Positions 39,952 through 49,584 of a stretch of DNA of 63,856 nt are shown in pieces (the first letter of the stretch is position 1; the number at the start of each line of letters is the position of its first letter). The DNA comes from a bacterium (GTDB taxonomy: Bacteria > Patescibacteriota > Minisyncoccia > Phycocordibacterales > Phycocordibacteraceae), in assembly GCA_021824605.1 (NCBI GenBank), contig JAKAKH010000007.1:1-63856 (forward strand), written 5' to 3'. The notes under the pieces were generated by a model. It was not told where the DNA came from. It saw only the letters and a list, made by a program, of their open reading frames with translations, and did no database searches. The translations under genes and the position numbers were made by a program.

Positions 39952-40662
39952 TCATTCATCTTTTGGAAGGATGCGAATACCGTACGCATAGATGGTCTCG
40001 CCTCGTACCCGAGCGGCGACGTAGACTTTGTCACCGATCGAAAGCTGTCCGAGATCAAACCCGTCGGGAGGAATAATCGACCAAGTTCCTTCGTCGCTAT
40101 CACGGTCGCTGTCGTTGTGAGAAATAGTGAAATACGATGGCGCAATATTGGTGACCTCGCCTCGATAGACTCCCTTATCTTGGTGTGAGTCATGGATACT
40201 TTCATACCAGTTTCCGAGAAGGGGGAGTTCGCCGTTGTCTGCCTTTGAAAGGAGGAATGTATGCAGCGGAGTGAAGCCGAGAAGGGTGCTGCCCACAAGA
40301 CCAACGACCAGTAGCCACAAGAAAATGCGGAGGAGGGGGAGTCGATATCCGAAACTAAAGTTACGGAGTAGCGCCTCGAGCAGAACAAAGAGTGCAAATA
40401 CGATAAGGAGCGTGAGCCACGGGAAGAGTGTGACAAATGTCGCGAGACCTTGTTCGCTGAACTCAAGAAGGAACTGCACCCCGCTTTCGCGGACGCTGAA
40501 GAATATAAAGCTGAGTATGAAGAGAGCGACGAGAAGAAGCACAAAGGCAGCAATGCCAATGAGGGCGGCGCGCAGTATGAAGTAGATACGTGGACGCATC
40601 AGCACCGCACCTTTGCGGATCTCTTCGAGCACGTTCTTTTGGATGTCATTCTCCGGTAACAT
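39952..40662 (-). CDS. Membrane protein, probable anti-sigma partner
   Basis: Overlaps the ECF sigma stop; three TMs and a C-terminal OB-like domain. Confidence 0.6.
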   Translation of the reverse strand: MLPENDIQKNVLEEIRKGAVLMRPRIYFILRAALIGIAAFVLLLVALFILSFIFFSVRESGVQFLLEFSEQGLATFVTLFPWLTLLIVFALFVLLEALLRNFSFGYRLPLLRIFLWLLVVGLVGSTLLGFTPLHTFLLSKADNGELPLLGNWYESIHDSHQDKGVYRGEVTNIAPSYFTISHNDSDRDSDEGTWSIIPPDGFDLGQLSIGDKVYVAARVRGETIYAYGIRILPKDE

Positions 40663-41203
40663 ATTTTTTTAAGGCTTCACGAGCGCGACGCAAGCGGATA
40701 CCAACTGTCCCGATAGGCACGTGAAGGATCTCCGCGATTTCTTGGTATTCGAGCTGCTCGACATAATAGAGAATGATAACTTCTCGGTAGATTGGTACAA
40801 GGGCACTGAGACCCGTATCAATAAGCGTTTTCATTTGTTCGCGCTCTTCGTCGCCTGCCGGATCTATCTCGTAGGCGGCGTGGGCTGAGAACATATCCAG
40901 GTCGACGGCGATGAAGGGCTGACGACTGTTCGATCGGAGCGCATTCACAAAGAGGTTATGGGCAATGCGGTAGATCCAGGGCGAGAACGGTCGCGTCGTG
41001 TCGAATTCCTGAATATTTTGATAGGTTTTGATGAATACTTCTTGCACGACGTCTTCGATAGGTGCCACATCGAGCAGGAATCTTCTTCCGTAGCGCAGAA
41101 GCTTGGGTTGGTACCTACTCATAAGTACACCAAACGCGTCCTCATTCTTTCCCTGGACGAGTGCAGCAAGCTCTTCATCAGTTTTCTGGCTGAGCGCCTC
41201 CAT
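40646..41203 (-). CDS. ECF RNA polymerase sigma factor
   Basis: EDVVQEVFIK, FSPWIYRIAHN, EIAEILHVPIGTVGIRLRRAR. Confidence 0.93.
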   Translation of the reverse strand: MEALSQKTDEELAALVQGKNEDAFGVLMSRYQPKLLRYGRRFLLDVAPIEDVVQEVFIKTYQNIQEFDTTRPFSPWIYRIAHNLFVNALRSNSRQPFIAVDLDMFSAHAAYEIDPAGDEEREQMKTLIDTGLSALVPIYREVIILYYVEQLEYQEIAEILHVPIGTVGIRLRRAREALKKYVTGE

Positions 41204-41284
41204 GTCTTTGTAGTATACCCCGGAGAAGGAAACATTCGTCGCGGACCGGTGTACCATAGGTACTATTCACTAATTATTTTCACT

Positions 41285-42526
41285 ATGGCTGCCTTCCAAT
41301 ATTTTAAAGAAAATTTACGTGCCTCGGCACAGCTAATCGGTCTCTCGGATGCAGAACTGGAGACATTTCAGAAACCCGATCGTATCTTGCGAGCGGATCT
41401 TACTATTCCGCTTGATGCGGGTGGGACTGCCTCATTTCCGGCCTATCGGGTCCAATTTAATAATGCGCGTGGTCCATACAAGGGTGGTATTCGCTTCCAC
41501 CCCGGTGCTGACGAAGACGAAGTGCTCGCGCTTGCCGCTATGATGGCGGTGAAATGCGCCGTAGTCGGCATCCCGCTTGGGGGTGCGAAAGGGGGTATTG
41601 CTGTTGATCCGAAAAAACTGTCTTCGAGCGAGGTGACAGCACTCTCGCGGGCGTATGTCCGTGCCTTTGCTGAGCATCTTGGTCCCGATACGGATATTCC
41701 CGCGCCAGACGTGTACACAACACCAGAGATCATGGCGGTGATGCTTGATGAGTATGAGCGTCATATGGGTAAGAGTCTTCCTGCGATGATCACGGGGAAA
41801 CCGCTTTCCATCGGCGGAAGTCTCGGGCGCGACACGGCGACCGCAGACGGTGCGGTGGCAGTGCTCAGTGCTTTTCTTGAAGATCGAGGACTCGATGCGA
41901 CTCGACTGTCAGCGGCAGTGCAGGGAGCGGGGAATGCGGGAGCACAGGCGGCGCGCCTCCTCGAGCAGATGGGGACTCGAGTTATCGCCCTTGCGGATTC
42001 GAAAGGCACACTCTTGCGGGAAGAGGGTCTTCCCATTGCGTCGGTGCTGGCGGTCAAAGAGCAGGCGGGTTCAGTGCTCGATGCGGCGGTAGCGGCAACA
42101 GAGCGAGCCGATTCAGCAGCGGTACTGCAGAGTCAGGCGGATCTATTTGTTCCCGCAGCACTCGAGGAGCAAGTGACAAAAGCAACGGTCACAGATATGC
42201 ACGCGGGCATTATCTTGGAAATAGCAAATGGTCCGGTGACCCCCGACGCAGACGCTGAGCTTGCCACCCGTGGTGTCACCATTATTCCTGACGTGCTTGC
42301 GAACGCCGGGGGTGTGACCGTCTCCTATTTTGAATGGATACAGAATCGTACCGGTGAGCGGTGGAGTCGGGCGATCGTTGAGACAAAGCTTGCCGAAACA
42401 ATGCGGCATGCGTATCGCGAAGTCGCTGATTTCGCCACAGAACGCGGGGTACCGCTGCGGCAGGCAGCGTATGCCCTCGCGCTCACGCGCATTACGGACG
42501 CCATGAAAGTACGAGGTCGACTCTAA
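41285..42526 (+). CDS. gdhA: Glu/Leu/Phe/Val dehydrogenase (glutamate dehydrogenase-like)
   Basis: RGPYKGGIRFHP, GGAKGG, DIPAPDV, QGAGNAG, EIANGP, NAGGVTVSYFEW. Confidence 0.92.
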   Translation: MAAFQYFKENLRASAQLIGLSDAELETFQKPDRILRADLTIPLDAGGTASFPAYRVQFNNARGPYKGGIRFHPGADEDEVLALAAMMAVKCAVVGIPLGGAKGGIAVDPKKLSSSEVTALSRAYVRAFAEHLGPDTDIPAPDVYTTPEIMAVMLDEYERHMGKSLPAMITGKPLSIGGSLGRDTATADGAVAVLSAFLEDRGLDATRLSAAVQGAGNAGAQAARLLEQMGTRVIALADSKGTLLREEGLPIASVLAVKEQAGSVLDAAVAATERADSAAVLQSQADLFVPAALEEQVTKATVTDMHAGIILEIANGPVTPDADAELATRGVTIIPDVLANAGGVTVSYFEWIQNRTGERWSRAIVETKLAETMRHAYREVADFATERGVPLRQAAYALALTRITDAMKVRGRL

Positions 42527-43530
42527 GGAGCCGGGACGATATTCGTCGGTGTGTCGGCAGCAAAATTCCGTATATTGTCGAGCGTGGTGTTGATAATACG
42601 TATCACTGCTTCGGTAGTATTGAATCCTGCGTGGGGGGTCACAATGACGCGGGGGTGCGAGATAAGGTAGTGATTCTCAAGTGTGATCCTGAGCGCGGCT
42701 TCGTTCGGGTGTGGCTGGGCGAGCAGTACCATCTCGTCGTTGAGGTCGCCTTCTTCCTCGAGCACATCGAGTCCTGCTCCTGCGAGCGTGCCATTACGAA
42801 GCGCTTCGACGAGCGCTTCTGTCTCGACGACGGCGCCGCGTGAGGTGTTGATGAGGTAGGATCCTTTCTTCATCATACCGATATTGTCTTTATTGATGAG
42901 GTGGTGCGTATGTGGGTTGTAGGGCACGTGCAGCGAGACGATGTCCGACTGCGCAAGGAGGTCGGGAAGCGAAGCGTAGGTGAAGTGGTTGTCGCGGGCA
43001 CGTGCTTCGTCGGGGTGGGTCTCGAAACCGAGCACTTTCATGCCAAAACCGTTCGCGATGCGAATGGTGTGCATACCGATGTGTCCGCAGCCAATGACGC
43101 CGAGTGTCTTACCCTGAAGATCAAATCCGCGAAGCCCGCTTGGCGAGAAGGCCCCTGACTGGACAAGTGCTTCAGCTTCGAGAATACGGCGCGACAATGC
43201 AAGAATGAGTGCGAACGCAAATTCGGCGACGGTATTTTCACCGTAAGAAGGAACCGTGGCTACGGTAATGCCGCGGGCTTTGGTTGCCGCAAGATCGATA
43301 TGGTCGAACCCGGTCGAACGGGTCGCAATAAGTTTGACAGCCGGGAAGCGATCCAGTTCTGCTTCGCCAATAGGAGAGTCGATAAAAATACTGAGGACGG
43401 TTGCCTCAGGATCGGTTAAGTCAGGGTATGCGCTGAGCGGCTTCTCGTGGAAGGTAATCTGTTCGTTGGTAAGTTTTTCGCGCACATATGCCTCCTCCCA
43501 CGCCTCGCCCGAAAAGTAATGAATATTCAT
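42523..43530 (-). CDS. D-isomer 2-hydroxyacid dehydrogenase (D-lactate dehydrogenase-like)
   Basis: TRSTGFDHID, GCGHIG, SLHVP, INTSRG, GLDVLEEE, TPH. Confidence 0.9.
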   Translation of the reverse strand: MNIHYFSGEAWEEAYVREKLTNEQITFHEKPLSAYPDLTDPEATVLSIFIDSPIGEAELDRFPAVKLIATRSTGFDHIDLAATKARGITVATVPSYGENTVAEFAFALILALSRRILEAEALVQSGAFSPSGLRGFDLQGKTLGVIGCGHIGMHTIRIANGFGMKVLGFETHPDEARARDNHFTYASLPDLLAQSDIVSLHVPYNPHTHHLINKDNIGMMKKGSYLINTSRGAVVETEALVEALRNGTLAGAGLDVLEEEGDLNDEMVLLAQPHPNEAALRITLENHYLISHPRVIVTPHAGFNTTEAVIRIINTTLDNIRNFAADTPTNIVPAP

Positions 43531-43539
43531 ACGTTTATT

Positions 43540-44730
43540 TTACACCGTTTCAGTTTCGCGTTCTATAGCGAGTAAGCGCTCGTATTTCTCAAGACGCTCT
43601 TTCTGACCGAGACCGCCAGCTTTAATACCATGGGCGCCGACGCCGTAGGCAAAGTCAGCGATAAATGTGTCATCAGTCTCGCCCGAGCGGTGTGAGGCAA
43701 TGGGTTCCCATCCTGCAGCGAAAGTTGCTTGGACAGCCTGGAGCGCCTCCTCCACCGTCCCCACCTGATTTGGCTTAATAAGTACGGCATTAATTTCTCT
43801 TGCTCTGCGGGCGCTCGCGATGCGTGCCGGCGTAGTGACCGTGAGGTCATCGCCGACGATGAGTACCCGCTCTCCTAGGCGGGCTGTAAGCTCGGTAAAG
43901 TCGGTATGTGCGTCCTCCGCGAACGGATCTTCGATACTGTGGAAAGGGAAGCGCGAAATGAGTTGCTCGTAGACCGTTGCCAATTCGTCGGCGGTGTACG
44001 ACTTCCCGAGAAGCTGGTAGTGGCCGCCCTGGAAGAGTTCACTTGCGGCCGCATCGATAGCAATCGAGGTACCGGGAAGCGTGCTCACGAGATCGCTCAG
44101 AAGTTCGAATGGTTTCTCGAGAGTGTCAAACGTGGGTGCGTAGCCACCCTCGTCGCCCATTGGGACACCAGCGCCGAGCCGCTCACCGAGTTTCGTAAAA
44201 GCTTCTTGTGCAAGAGGCAGGGCGTCGCTTGTCTTCCCGTCGACGACGAGAATATATTCTTGAAACGGGAGTTGGAAATTTGCATGGACACCGCCATTCA
44301 TCACGTTCACATAGAGACGGGGTGCTCGGGATGGTGTGTTCGCGCGCAGCGCGATAGCTTTCCAGAGTGGCTGTCCTGTCGCTTGGGCGAAAAGGCGTTG
44401 TGTCGCTATCGAGACCGAGAGAATGGCATTTGCGCCGAGGCGCGACTTATTCTCAGTCCCATCAAGCGCAATGAGTGTAGCGTCGAGCTCGTCAGGGGTA
44501 GCGAATTCGCGCGACGTGAGGGCACCGGCAATCTCTCCGGTGACATGTGCGAGAGCCTGTGCGACACTCCCGTCAGGGTCGCGCAATTCGAGTGCCTCGT
44601 GACTCCCGGTACTTTTCCCTGAAGGGACTGAGGCAGTCGCGGTGAGTTCTCCGGCGATGAGAGTTGTTTCGAGCGTGGGACGTCCGCGAGTGTCGAGTAT
44701 TGAACGAGCACGAACTGTGTCGAGACGCAT
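43540..44730 (-). CDS. eno: Enolase
   Basis: VPSGKSTG..EA.ELRD, GDEGG, IEDPF, VGDDL, IKPNQVG, SHRSGET. Confidence 0.95.
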   Translation of the reverse strand: MRLDTVRARSILDTRGRPTLETTLIAGELTATASVPSGKSTGSHEALELRDPDGSVAQALAHVTGEIAGALTSREFATPDELDATLIALDGTENKSRLGANAILSVSIATQRLFAQATGQPLWKAIALRANTPSRAPRLYVNVMNGGVHANFQLPFQEYILVVDGKTSDALPLAQEAFTKLGERLGAGVPMGDEGGYAPTFDTLEKPFELLSDLVSTLPGTSIAIDAAASELFQGGHYQLLGKSYTADELATVYEQLISRFPFHSIEDPFAEDAHTDFTELTARLGERVLIVGDDLTVTTPARIASARRAREINAVLIKPNQVGTVEEALQAVQATFAAGWEPIASHRSGETDDTFIADFAYGVGAHGIKAGGLGQKERLEKYERLLAIERETETV

Positions 44731-44733
44731 ACG

Positions 44734-47154
44734 CTAGCGGGAGAGTTTCTCCTCTATCTCTGCAACGTGCTCAATCGTTTTCACGACGGAGTCAGGATTG
44801 AGCGACATACTTTCAATGCCTTCTTGCACCAAGAATGCTGCGAAATCAGGGAGGTCAGAAGGACCTTGTCCGCAGATGCCGATATATTTCCCGCGGGCGG
44901 TACACTTGCGAATCACCTGGCTGATGAGTGCACGGACTGCTTCGTCATTTTCATTACTAATATGGGTGACAATGCCTGAGTCGCGGTCGAGCCCAAGCGT
45001 GAGCTGCGTCAGGTCGTTACTCCCAATCGACATGCCGTCAAATAGATCGAGAAATTCTTCGGCGAGGAGTACGTTACTCGGGATTTCACACATCATATAG
45101 ACCGGAGTGGTTGTCTCAGCGCCTTTTGCAAGTGATTTTGCAACGAGACCGTATTCCGCCATACTCGCGAGCACCTGTTCTGCTTCGTGTGTTGTGCGGC
45201 AGAAAGGAATCATCGGAATGACGTTATCGAGTCCCATATCGGTGCGCACTTTCACAAGTGCACGGCACTCAAGACCGAACGCCTCTTTGAACTTCGGGTC
45301 GTAGTAGCGTGAGGCACCACGCCACCCCAGCATAGGATTCTCTTCTTGCGGTTCATAAGGCTCTCCGCCAAGAAGAGTCGAATATTCATTTGTCTTGAAA
45401 TCGGAGAAGCGAACGATGACGGGTCGTGGTGCGAAAGCCGCACCAATCTTCGCGATGCCATACGCGAGATTGTCGACGTAGAAATCAACAGGATCCTTCC
45501 ATCCGCGCATTTTTTGTGCGAGCGCGGCACGGACTTTGGGTGGCTGCTTTTTGTAATTGAGTAGCGCCAGCGGATGGACGCCAATGTGTGAGGCGATAAT
45601 GAACTCCTCTCGTGCGAGGCCGACTCCCGAGACGGGCAGGAATGAATTCTCAAGCGCGATATCAGGTGAAGCGATATTCACCATAATTTTCGTCTCTGTT
45701 TTTGGAAGCGTCCCGAGAGCATGTTCGCGCACAGTGATGTTCGCTTTGCCGGCAGTAATAATGCCGGCGCTCCCGGTGGTATCGACCGTGACGAGAGTGC
45801 TCTTTTTAAAGACTTTGGTAGCGTTGCCCGCCCCGACGATAGCAGGGAGACCGAGCTCTCTCGAGACAATCGCTGCGTGGCTCGTGCGACCACCTTCGTC
45901 AGTCACAATGGCACTCGCCATCTTCATAATAGGTTCCCAGTCAGGGTCAGTCATCGTGGTTACCAGGATCTCGCCCTGTTTGAATTCTCGAATTTGTTTC
46001 GGACTCAGAATAAGGTGAGTCTTGCCGGTCGCAGCTTTCGCGCCAACTGAAATACCTCGCGCAAGTTCTTTCCCTTGGCCAGTGACGGTGTATTCGACGA
46101 GTTTTGAGATATCGCGATCAGCCTGGACGGTCTCGGGGCGTGCTTGCACGATGAAGAGTTCTCCTGTGATACCATCTTTCGCCCATTCCATATCCATCGG
46201 CGTCCATTTCTTCGCGCGCTCTGAGTAATGAGTCTCGATCGTAGCTCCCCAGGTAGCCATGGTGATGATCTCCTCATCCGTGAGGACAAATCGCCCGGTA
46301 TCCTTCGGCGGCGTTGCGACGATCTTGGTCTGTTCGACTGCCGATTTCCCGGTGGCATAGATCATCTTCTTTGCATTGGTGCCGATTTTTTTCCAAATGA
46401 TAGGTGACGCAACTTTGCCGATTCTCGATTTCGACACAAGGTATTCGTCGGGAGTCACAAATCCTTGCACAATCATTTCACCGAGACCATAGGTAGCATT
46501 CACGACGACGACGTCACGGAACCCGCTTTCGGTATCAACGGTGAACATAACACCCGACGCGCCCTTATCGCTGCGTACCATTTTCTGTACCCCAACCGAT
46601 AGAGCGACTTTCATATGATCGAATCCACGATCAGCACGATACGAGATGGCCCGGTCCGTAAAGAGGGAGGCCATTGTCCATAGCGACGCACGCACGACAT
46701 CTTTTGCTCCGCGTATGTTGAGGTAGGTTTCTTGTTCTCCGGCAAAGGAGGCACCAGGAAGATCCTCAGCGGTGGCTGAACTGCGAACCGCCACGTCAGT
46801 CCCTTTCCCATACTGTTGTTCCATTTTCTCGTACGCAGTCACGATAGCCTGTTCGAGGTCAGCCGGCAGGCGGGTCACGCGCATCTTCTCGCGTATGAGT
46901 TTGCCGCAGCGAGCAAGCTCTTTCAGATTTTTAGTATTTAGTCCGGCAAGGGTCTTTTCGATAAAGAGATCGAGTCCGGTCTCCTTGAGGTAGTGGTAGT
47001 AGGCGGCCGCAGTGATAGCGAAGCCGTGTGGGATGCGCACGCCCTTTGGTTCAACGGCACGGATGAGTTCGCCAAGCGAGGCATTCTTGCCGCCGACCTG
47101 CGCGACGTTGTCCATACTGATATCTTCAAACCAGAGAATAAAAGGATCAGTCAT
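44734..47154 (-). CDS. ppsA: Phosphoenolpyruvate synthase
   Basis: VGGKNASLGE, VRSSATAED, QARPET, GGRTSHAAIVSRE, EENPMLGWRG, GSNDLTQ. Confidence 0.97.
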   Translation of the reverse strand: MTDPFILWFEDISMDNVAQVGGKNASLGELIRAVEPKGVRIPHGFAITAAAYYHYLKETGLDLFIEKTLAGLNTKNLKELARCGKLIREKMRVTRLPADLEQAIVTAYEKMEQQYGKGTDVAVRSSATAEDLPGASFAGEQETYLNIRGAKDVVRASLWTMASLFTDRAISYRADRGFDHMKVALSVGVQKMVRSDKGASGVMFTVDTESGFRDVVVVNATYGLGEMIVQGFVTPDEYLVSKSRIGKVASPIIWKKIGTNAKKMIYATGKSAVEQTKIVATPPKDTGRFVLTDEEIITMATWGATIETHYSERAKKWTPMDMEWAKDGITGELFIVQARPETVQADRDISKLVEYTVTGQGKELARGISVGAKAATGKTHLILSPKQIREFKQGEILVTTMTDPDWEPIMKMASAIVTDEGGRTSHAAIVSRELGLPAIVGAGNATKVFKKSTLVTVDTTGSAGIITAGKANITVREHALGTLPKTETKIMVNIASPDIALENSFLPVSGVGLAREEFIIASHIGVHPLALLNYKKQPPKVRAALAQKMRGWKDPVDFYVDNLAYGIAKIGAAFAPRPVIVRFSDFKTNEYSTLLGGEPYEPQEENPMLGWRGASRYYDPKFKEAFGLECRALVKVRTDMGLDNVIPMIPFCRTTHEAEQVLASMAEYGLVAKSLAKGAETTTPVYMMCEIPSNVLLAEEFLDLFDGMSIGSNDLTQLTLGLDRDSGIVTHISNENDEAVRALISQVIRKCTARGKYIGICGQGPSDLPDFAAFLVQEGIESMSLNPDSVVKTIEHVAEIEEKLSR

Positions 47155-47156
47155 AG

Positions 47157-48452
47157 TTACTTTTTAATAGCGATAATAAGATCGGACACATTTGATCCAG
47201 TATACCCCGTGAGGAGCGCATCACCGGTCGCAGTGAAGAAGTCATACGCACTGTGTCCTTCGAGATGCTCAGTGATGGAGAGGTTGTGGGTCCGTGCGTG
47301 TTCTCGAGTGACGGCATCGCCAATCGCTCCTGCACAATCGGTATTGTCGTGACCGTCGGATGCAAAGGGGAGAATCAATTCGTCGTCGTGGATATCTGCA
47401 AGTGCGGCAAGGGCCATTTCCTGATTGCGTCCCCCAGCTCCGTGGTTGGCACCGAGGGTCACCGTGGTCTCGCCGGCGTAGAGGAGGACGCTTTTGGCGG
47501 GTACGGTATGGAGTGTTTCGAGGATCGTTTTTTCGACATCACGAACATCGCCTGCGATATGGTCACTCATAACAGTGGCGATATACCCGAGTCGTGTCGC
47601 CTCGGCATGCATAGCCGCAAGTGCGTGTTGGTTTGTTAAAAAGAGCGTCGTCGTCACACGATCGAAATATTTTTGCTCCTTTGGCGTTTCGATACAGCTA
47701 ATACGTAACGAGGATGGAATCGCATAGCGAGTGAGAATCGCGTCAGCATCGGCGATGGTCGAGGTATCAAGTACAGTGGGTCCCGATGCGATGTATTCGA
47801 CATCGTTTCCAGGAACGTCAGAGACGACAAGCGAAATCACTTGCGCCGGATACGCTGCTGCCGCGAGTCCGCCACCGCGCGCTCGCGAGATATGCTTGCG
47901 GACGGTATTCATATCTTGAATGGTTGCGCCACGTGCCGTGAGCTCGTTCCAGAGCATACTCTCATCGGTGCAGGTCATTGGCGACGGAGGGAGGCAGAGA
48001 AGTGTCGAGCCACCCCCGGAGATGAGCATAATGACGAGATCGTCTGCAGCGCGACCGGCGAGAAACGCGAGGATACGTTCGGTAGCGCGCTCGTTTACTT
48101 CGCTCGGGAGGGGGTGGGTCCCGACGTACATTTCAACTTTCTGTAAGGATGACTCTCCCAAGGGAGAGACGTCGAGTGCGACACCGCCCGTGAGTCGATC
48201 GCCGAATATCTCTTCGATGGCGTGCGCGGCTGCGAAGGCACACTTACCCACGCCAACAAAAAAGACCCGCCGTCCCGCAAGAGGGTACGGGGTGCCATCG
48301 ATAGTGAGCTCGGCATCATCGAGAACGATTCGTTCGTGCAGTGCTGTCTCGACAGTAATAGCAGCGTAGCCTGCTTCAGCGAGAGAGAGAGCTGTATGCC
48401 GGAGGGGAGTTGTCGCGAGTGAATCGAAGTTCTGTATGATTCGGTGCTCCAT
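47157..48452 (-). CDS. Glycerate 2-kinase, MOFRL/DUF4147 type
   Basis: GVGK, THPLP, LISGGGS, SDVPG, IASGPT, GETTV, GGRNQE, TGSNVSD. Confidence 0.9.
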   Translation of the reverse strand: MEHRIIQNFDSLATTPLRHTALSLAEAGYAAITVETALHERIVLDDAELTIDGTPYPLAGRRVFFVGVGKCAFAAAHAIEEIFGDRLTGGVALDVSPLGESSLQKVEMYVGTHPLPSEVNERATERILAFLAGRAADDLVIMLISGGGSTLLCLPPSPMTCTDESMLWNELTARGATIQDMNTVRKHISRARGGGLAAAAYPAQVISLVVSDVPGNDVEYIASGPTVLDTSTIADADAILTRYAIPSSLRISCIETPKEQKYFDRVTTTLFLTNQHALAAMHAEATRLGYIATVMSDHIAGDVRDVEKTILETLHTVPAKSVLLYAGETTVTLGANHGAGGRNQEMALAALADIHDDELILPFASDGHDNTDCAGAIGDAVTREHARTHNLSITEHLEGHSAYDFFTATGDALLTGYTGSNVSDLIIAIKK

Positions 48453-48473
48453 ACTCCTAACTATACTCGATAG

Positions 48474-48977
48474 TTAGGCTGGTTGTTCAGGGGTACCTGG
48501 GGGGATAACCCAGTCTTGGACAATTGCTTTGAACTCTGGCGTGCGATCTTCAAACCCTTCTTGAATCATATGTTTGATCGGGCGGTACTCAGGAGTGAAT
48601 TCGTAGTGGCATCGCACTTCGCCGTCATTAAATATGCGTAGGTGGTATTGATACTTGAATCCGACAGTTCGTCGAAGACTCACAATCTCGTCGTCGTCTT
48701 TCCAGGCGATGAAGTGATTCCCAAATCCTTGAGCAACGAGGAATGCGACAAATTCTTGCAGCGACCGTGCGGGATCGAGAATGCCGAGGAGGAAATCCTG
48801 GCGTCCTTCATGGCGGAGAATGCGAAGAGAGGTCGAGAGGTCGCGGAGGTAGGGGTGGAGTGGCGTGTAGAACATCCAGAACACATACTTAATACGATCA
48901 TGGAGGGCGGTCGGATATGCCATCCGTGAACGCGGCACCGCTCGAATCCAATCTTCCTGAAGGGCACGCATACGCAC
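48474..48977 (-). CDS. Conserved hypothetical protein
   Basis: Coupled to the DoxX gene; QYHLRIF.DGEVR.HYE motif. Confidence 0.65.
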   Translation of the reverse strand: MRMRALQEDWIRAVPRSRMAYPTALHDRIKYVFWMFYTPLHPYLRDLSTSLRILRHEGRQDFLLGILDPARSLQEFVAFLVAQGFGNHFIAWKDDDEIVSLRRTVGFKYQYHLRIFNDGEVRCHYEFTPEYRPIKHMIQEGFEDRTPEFKAIVQDWVIPPGTPEQPA

Positions 48978-49522
48978 TAGACAGATTTTTTAGTAACTGA
49001 GGCGCACCAGCGAGAGAGCGCAGGTTGTGCGTATCGGTCGAGGCCCCAGGAGCCAGCCACACGATGGGCGGTCATAATGCCGAGTGCGAGCATGAGCATA
49101 ATCGGATTCATACTCACAGTCCCCGCAAGCAAGTAATTGAAGTTCATAAAGAATCCAAAGAATGCCGCACAACCAGTAAAAAGTCCAACGATAAGCCCCA
49201 GTCCGACAAGAAGCTCCCCGAGAGCAACCGCGTTTGACCAGAGCACGGGGTGAGGGAGGACAGCGCTTTGCAGAAACGAGGCATACCACAGCTGTACGTC
49301 AGGATGCGCCCCGGTCGTTTTCGTAAGGGCGCCTTGCACAAAGCCGCGGAGGGCAGCTCCTGCACCGGTACCGAACCAGGCTGGGTTCAGAATCTTGTCG
49401 TAGCCGGCAGTGAGCCACTCATAGCCGAGATAGAGTCGAACAACGAGCCAGAGCGGGGCGCTCATGGTGTTGGCGGTAAAGAAGTGCGCCAAGCGGGACT
49501 GCGATATCGTAGAATCGGCCAT
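48977..49522 (-). CDS. DoxX/DoxD (TQO small-subunit-like) membrane protein
   Basis: RLYLGYEWL.AG..K, GELLVGLGLIVG, MNFNYLLAG.VS.NP, GLD. Confidence 0.88.
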   Translation of the reverse strand: MADSTISQSRLAHFFTANTMSAPLWLVVRLYLGYEWLTAGYDKILNPAWFGTGAGAALRGFVQGALTKTTGAHPDVQLWYASFLQSAVLPHPVLWSNAVALGELLVGLGLIVGLFTGCAAFFGFFMNFNYLLAGTVSMNPIMLMLALGIMTAHRVAGSWGLDRYAQPALSRWCASVTKKSV

Positions 49523-49584
49523 TCGTTCCATTCTAGAATAATTTTCGTGAAAGGAAAGCAGCAGGAGTGGAGTACTATAAAGGT

